A stretch of DNA of 63,571 nucleotides, filler included, from Octopus bimaculoides (Eukaryota), in NCBI RefSeq assembly GCF_001194135.2. It is 6 parts of 6 records of this genome, joined end to end, with 100 filler letters (N's around TTAATTAATTAA, not from the genome) between each part and the next. Parts side by side here need not be neighbours in the genome. Positions count along the whole stretch, not along the records: positions 58,937 to 63,571 come from NC_068981.1; 5 more parts are not named here. One strand, written 5' to 3'. Positions 60,259 to 63,571 of the stretch are shown in pieces. The first letter of the stretch is position 1. The number at the start of each line of letters is the position of its first letter. A program made the position numbers and the translations under genes. The notes beneath the pieces were generated by a model. It did no database searches. It was not told where the DNA came from and worked only from the letters and a program-made list of their open reading frames with translations.

Positions 60259-60727
60259 AAGGGAGAGAGAAAGCAAAGAATATAAAAATATAAAAGCATA
60301 GAAATATAAACATATCTTCATCCATTTGATATCTTTTGTTGATTTAACTGGTTCTGTGTTCTATTGTCTGAACAATACACAGAAGAAGTTTCCTGAATGA
60401 AGTTACAGGTTCAACTTGATCAATAGGTCTGTTGCAAGTTGAAACTTTAGAAAATAATCAATTACGAAAACTTATAAATGTATTCTTTAGATCTTAGTGT
60501 TATAGTTTAGATTAATGTCAATACACACGTCTACACACACACATACACACATACATACAGACATCTAGAGAAACAGTCGAAGACATATTTTGGTGTTAAA
60601 GAGCTTCCTACTCCGTATTACTGATTACATGTGTAATGTTTATATAGTTACTGCCAACCTTTTCAGGAATTAATCCTTTTGTATTTTGGGTTTTGATGAA
60701 ACAAATCAAAGAAAAATTAATATCTTA

Positions 60728-62250
60728 GAGCCACAATACTATTAAGATTTAGCCATGATACTATACAGTTTGAGCTATAATACTATAAAGATTGAGCCAT
60801 GTTACTATAAAGATTGAGCCATAATACTATAAAAATTGAGCCATGTTACTTTAAAGATTGAGTCATAATACTATAAAGAATGAGCCATGTTACTATAAAG
60901 ATTGAATCATAATACTATAAAGATTGAGCCATGTTACTATAAAGATTGAGTCATAATACTATAAAGATTGAGCCATGTTACTATAAAGATTGAGTCATAA
61001 TACTATAAAGATTGAGCCATGTTACTATAAAGATTGAGTCATAATACTATAAAGATTGAGCCATGTTACTATAAAGATTGAACCATAATACTATAAAGAT
61101 TGAGCCATATTCCTATAAAGACTGAGTCATAATACTATAAAGATTGAGCCATGTTACTATAAAGATCGAGTCATAATACTATAAAGATTGAGCCATGTTA
61201 CTATAAAGATTGAGTCATAATACTTNNNNNNNNNNNNNNNNNNNNNNNNNNNNNNNNNNNNNNNNNNNNNNNNNNNNNNNNNNNNNNNNNNNNNNNNNNN
61301 NNNNNNNNNNNNNNNNNNNNNNNNNNNNNNNNNNNNNNNNNNNNNNNNNNNNNNNNNNNNNNNNNNNNNNNNNNNNNNNNNNNNNNNNNNNNNNNNNNNN
61401 NNNNNNNNNNNNNNNNNNNNNNNNNNNNNNNNNNNNNNNNNNNNNNNNNNNNNNNNNNNNNNNNNNNNNNNNNNNNNNNNNNNNNNNNNNNNNNNNNNNN
61501 NNNNNNNNNNNNNNNNNNNNNNNNNNNNNNNNNNNNNNNNNNNNNNNNNNNNNNNNNNNNNNNNNNNNNNNNNNNNNNNNNNNNNNNNNNNNNNNNNNNN
61601 NNNNNNNNNNNNNNNNNNNNNNNNNNNNNNNNNNNNNNNNNNNNNNNNNNNNNNNNNNNNNNNNNNNNNNNNNNNNNNNNNNNNNNNNNNNNNNNTGAGC
61701 CATGTTACTATAAAGATTGAGTCATAATACTATAAAGATTGAGCCATGTTACTATAAAGATTGAACCATAATACTATAAAGATTGAGCCATGTTACTATA
61801 AAGACTGAGTCATAATACTATAAAGATTGAGCCATGTTACTATAAAGAATGAATCATAATACTATAAAGATTGAGCCATGTTACTATAAAGATTGAGTCA
61901 TAATACTATAAACCATGTTACTATAAATATTGAGTCATACTATTATAAAGATTGAGCCATGTTACTTTAAAGATTGAGCCATGTTACTTTAAAGATTGAA
62001 TCATAATACTATAGAGACTGAGCCATGTTACTATAAAGATTGAGTCATAATACTATAAAGATTGAGCCATGTTACTATAAAGATTGAGTCATAATACTTT
62101 AAAGATTGAGTCATAATACTATAAAGATTGAGCCACGTTCCTATAAAGATTGAGCCATAATACTATAAAGATTGAACCATGATACTATAAAGATTGAGCC
62201 ATGTTACTATAAAGACTGAGTCATAATACTGTAAAGATTGAGCCATGTTA
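60728..62250. repeat. 22-bp satellite with alternating A/B monomers (44-bp higher-order unit); 470-N gap inside
   Basis: A = GAGCCATGTTACTATAAAGATT, B = GAGTCATAATACTATAAAGATT. Starts at 60970, 60992 and 61014 show the 22-bp period. Confidence 0.95.
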
Positions 62251-62574
62251 GGTAATGATAACTAAAGAAGGAGGTTCTATGAATTATTAATTAAAGTTGG
62301 TTTAAAGTGATGTAATAAATTTTAAATACAGATGCACACACACTCACACGCAGACACACACTCACACACCAATCCACACACAAATACAGATGCACACACA
62401 GACACGCACACACAGACACGCACACACAGACACGCACACACAGACATATACTCACACGCACAAAAACACAGAAATACGCACACATACACACGCCCAAACA
62501 CACACACACACATTCACGTACACACATAAACACAAAAACACACACACACACAAACACAAATATCGTGGTCCATT

Positions 62575-62895
62575 TGAGTAGGGGGTTCTTGTTGAGTGAG
62601 TTGCATCCAGGTATAGGTGGCTTATCTGGTATTCTTTGAAGAAATTTGTCCAGGTTCCGTTTAAAGGTGATGGGCTGCTTTTCCTCTTTGATCTGTTTCG
62701 GGACAATGTTAGATAGAACAAGGCGTGTTGAGAAAAAGAAATTGTGTTGCAGTGTATTTATGTGCTGTGATGCTGAGTTGGGTAGAGGACGTAATGTCCG
62801 TGGTCCTTGCCTTGGATGAATTTTGAAGCTAACGTTGAGGTCGTTTGGGCAATGCTGGTGATATATTTTCCACACCATGCAAATAATGTACCGCA

Positions 62896-62897
<2 letters not shown>
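62575..62897 (-). mobile_element. CR1/L2-group LINE 3' end
   Basis: RYIICMVWKIY...HPRQGPR...LFNI-like LSNIVPKQIKE...TFKRNLDKFLQRIPDKP, followed by a microsatellite tail. Confidence 0.75.
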
Positions 62898-62935
<38 letters not shown>

Positions 62936-63491
62936 AATTGGACATGCGCGATCGTTCTATTCTTTCTTGTCTTGAGGTTCATAGCCAAACGGTTGGGTAG
63001 ATTAGCGTGGAAATGGCACACATGTGGAGACGGGTGCATAGATTGGAATGCGGTTTATATTTTTTTCCTACCCTCCACAGTTACCGAGAAAATCGATTAA
63101 AACTTTTTCTAATGGAATTCTCCTGTTTGTCCCGCCATTAAAACAACCAGTTGCTCACACAGCCGGCATATACCATTTCACTAGCAACAAGGGGAGTACA
63201 GGATGACAGTCAGCCAAAACTTTCGCTATGTTGTTTCTCTTCTTTCACCTCTTTGTGGGGTTAACAATCTTAATCTTTAGTTACAGTTTCTCGTTCAAAC
63301 TACATAATAGACAGAATTGTCGGATTAAGACAGTAGGGCGTTTTGAGGGAGATTTGGCTGCTATTTCTACCAGCTATAGCTACCATGTAGAAGTCTGAAC
63401 TTAATTTTCATTCACATATTTGCATTTCAAAAATTTAACATAATCTTTTCCATAAATCAACTATCGTAAGCACATACACACGCGCAAGCAC

Positions 63492-63571
63492 ACTCGCACG
63501 CACGGACGCACGCACGGACGCACGCACGGACGCACGCACGGACGCACGCACGGACGCACGCACGGACGCAC
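63492..63571. repeat. 12-bp tandem repeat (GCACGCACGGAC)n running to the window edge
   Basis: Directly visible, about 6-7 units. Confidence 0.95.

Noticed and set aside
60728-62250. CRISPR-like array
   Set aside because: Contiguous monomers without unique spacers, eukaryotic context, no cas genes.

Overview
Repeat-dense, AT-rich eukaryotic genomic DNA with many N gaps. The microsatellite load and SINE families suggest an octopus (coleoid cephalopod) assembly; this is inference. Five identical 100-bp spacers (44N-TTAATTAATTAA-44N) split the window into six pieces whose true adjacency is unproven. No intact host gene is recognisable, and nearly all long ORFs in the supplied track are microsatellite or gap translations. 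Supported content: a decayed Rep/PIF1-helicase Helitron (about 5.0-10.4 kb, minus); two clear and one doubtful Tc1/mariner relics; a Tx1/L1-type LINE 5' half interrupted by a MITE with perfect 37-bp TIRs and an 8-bp TSD; a nest of RLE-type R4/Dong LINE fragments in (TAA)n tracts; RTE and CR1 LINE 3' ends; several tRNA-derived SINE families; Penelope-like elements (PLEs); and a 22-bp satellite with A/B dimer structure. The most notable signal is six minimal type-I hammerhead ribozyme motifs between 49.7 and 58.3 kb, including an inverted pair. Four have clear cores and stems, one is weak and one is core-mutated. They sit in non-coding PLE-type direct and inverted repeats. A few weak host-exon candidates are listed at low confidence.
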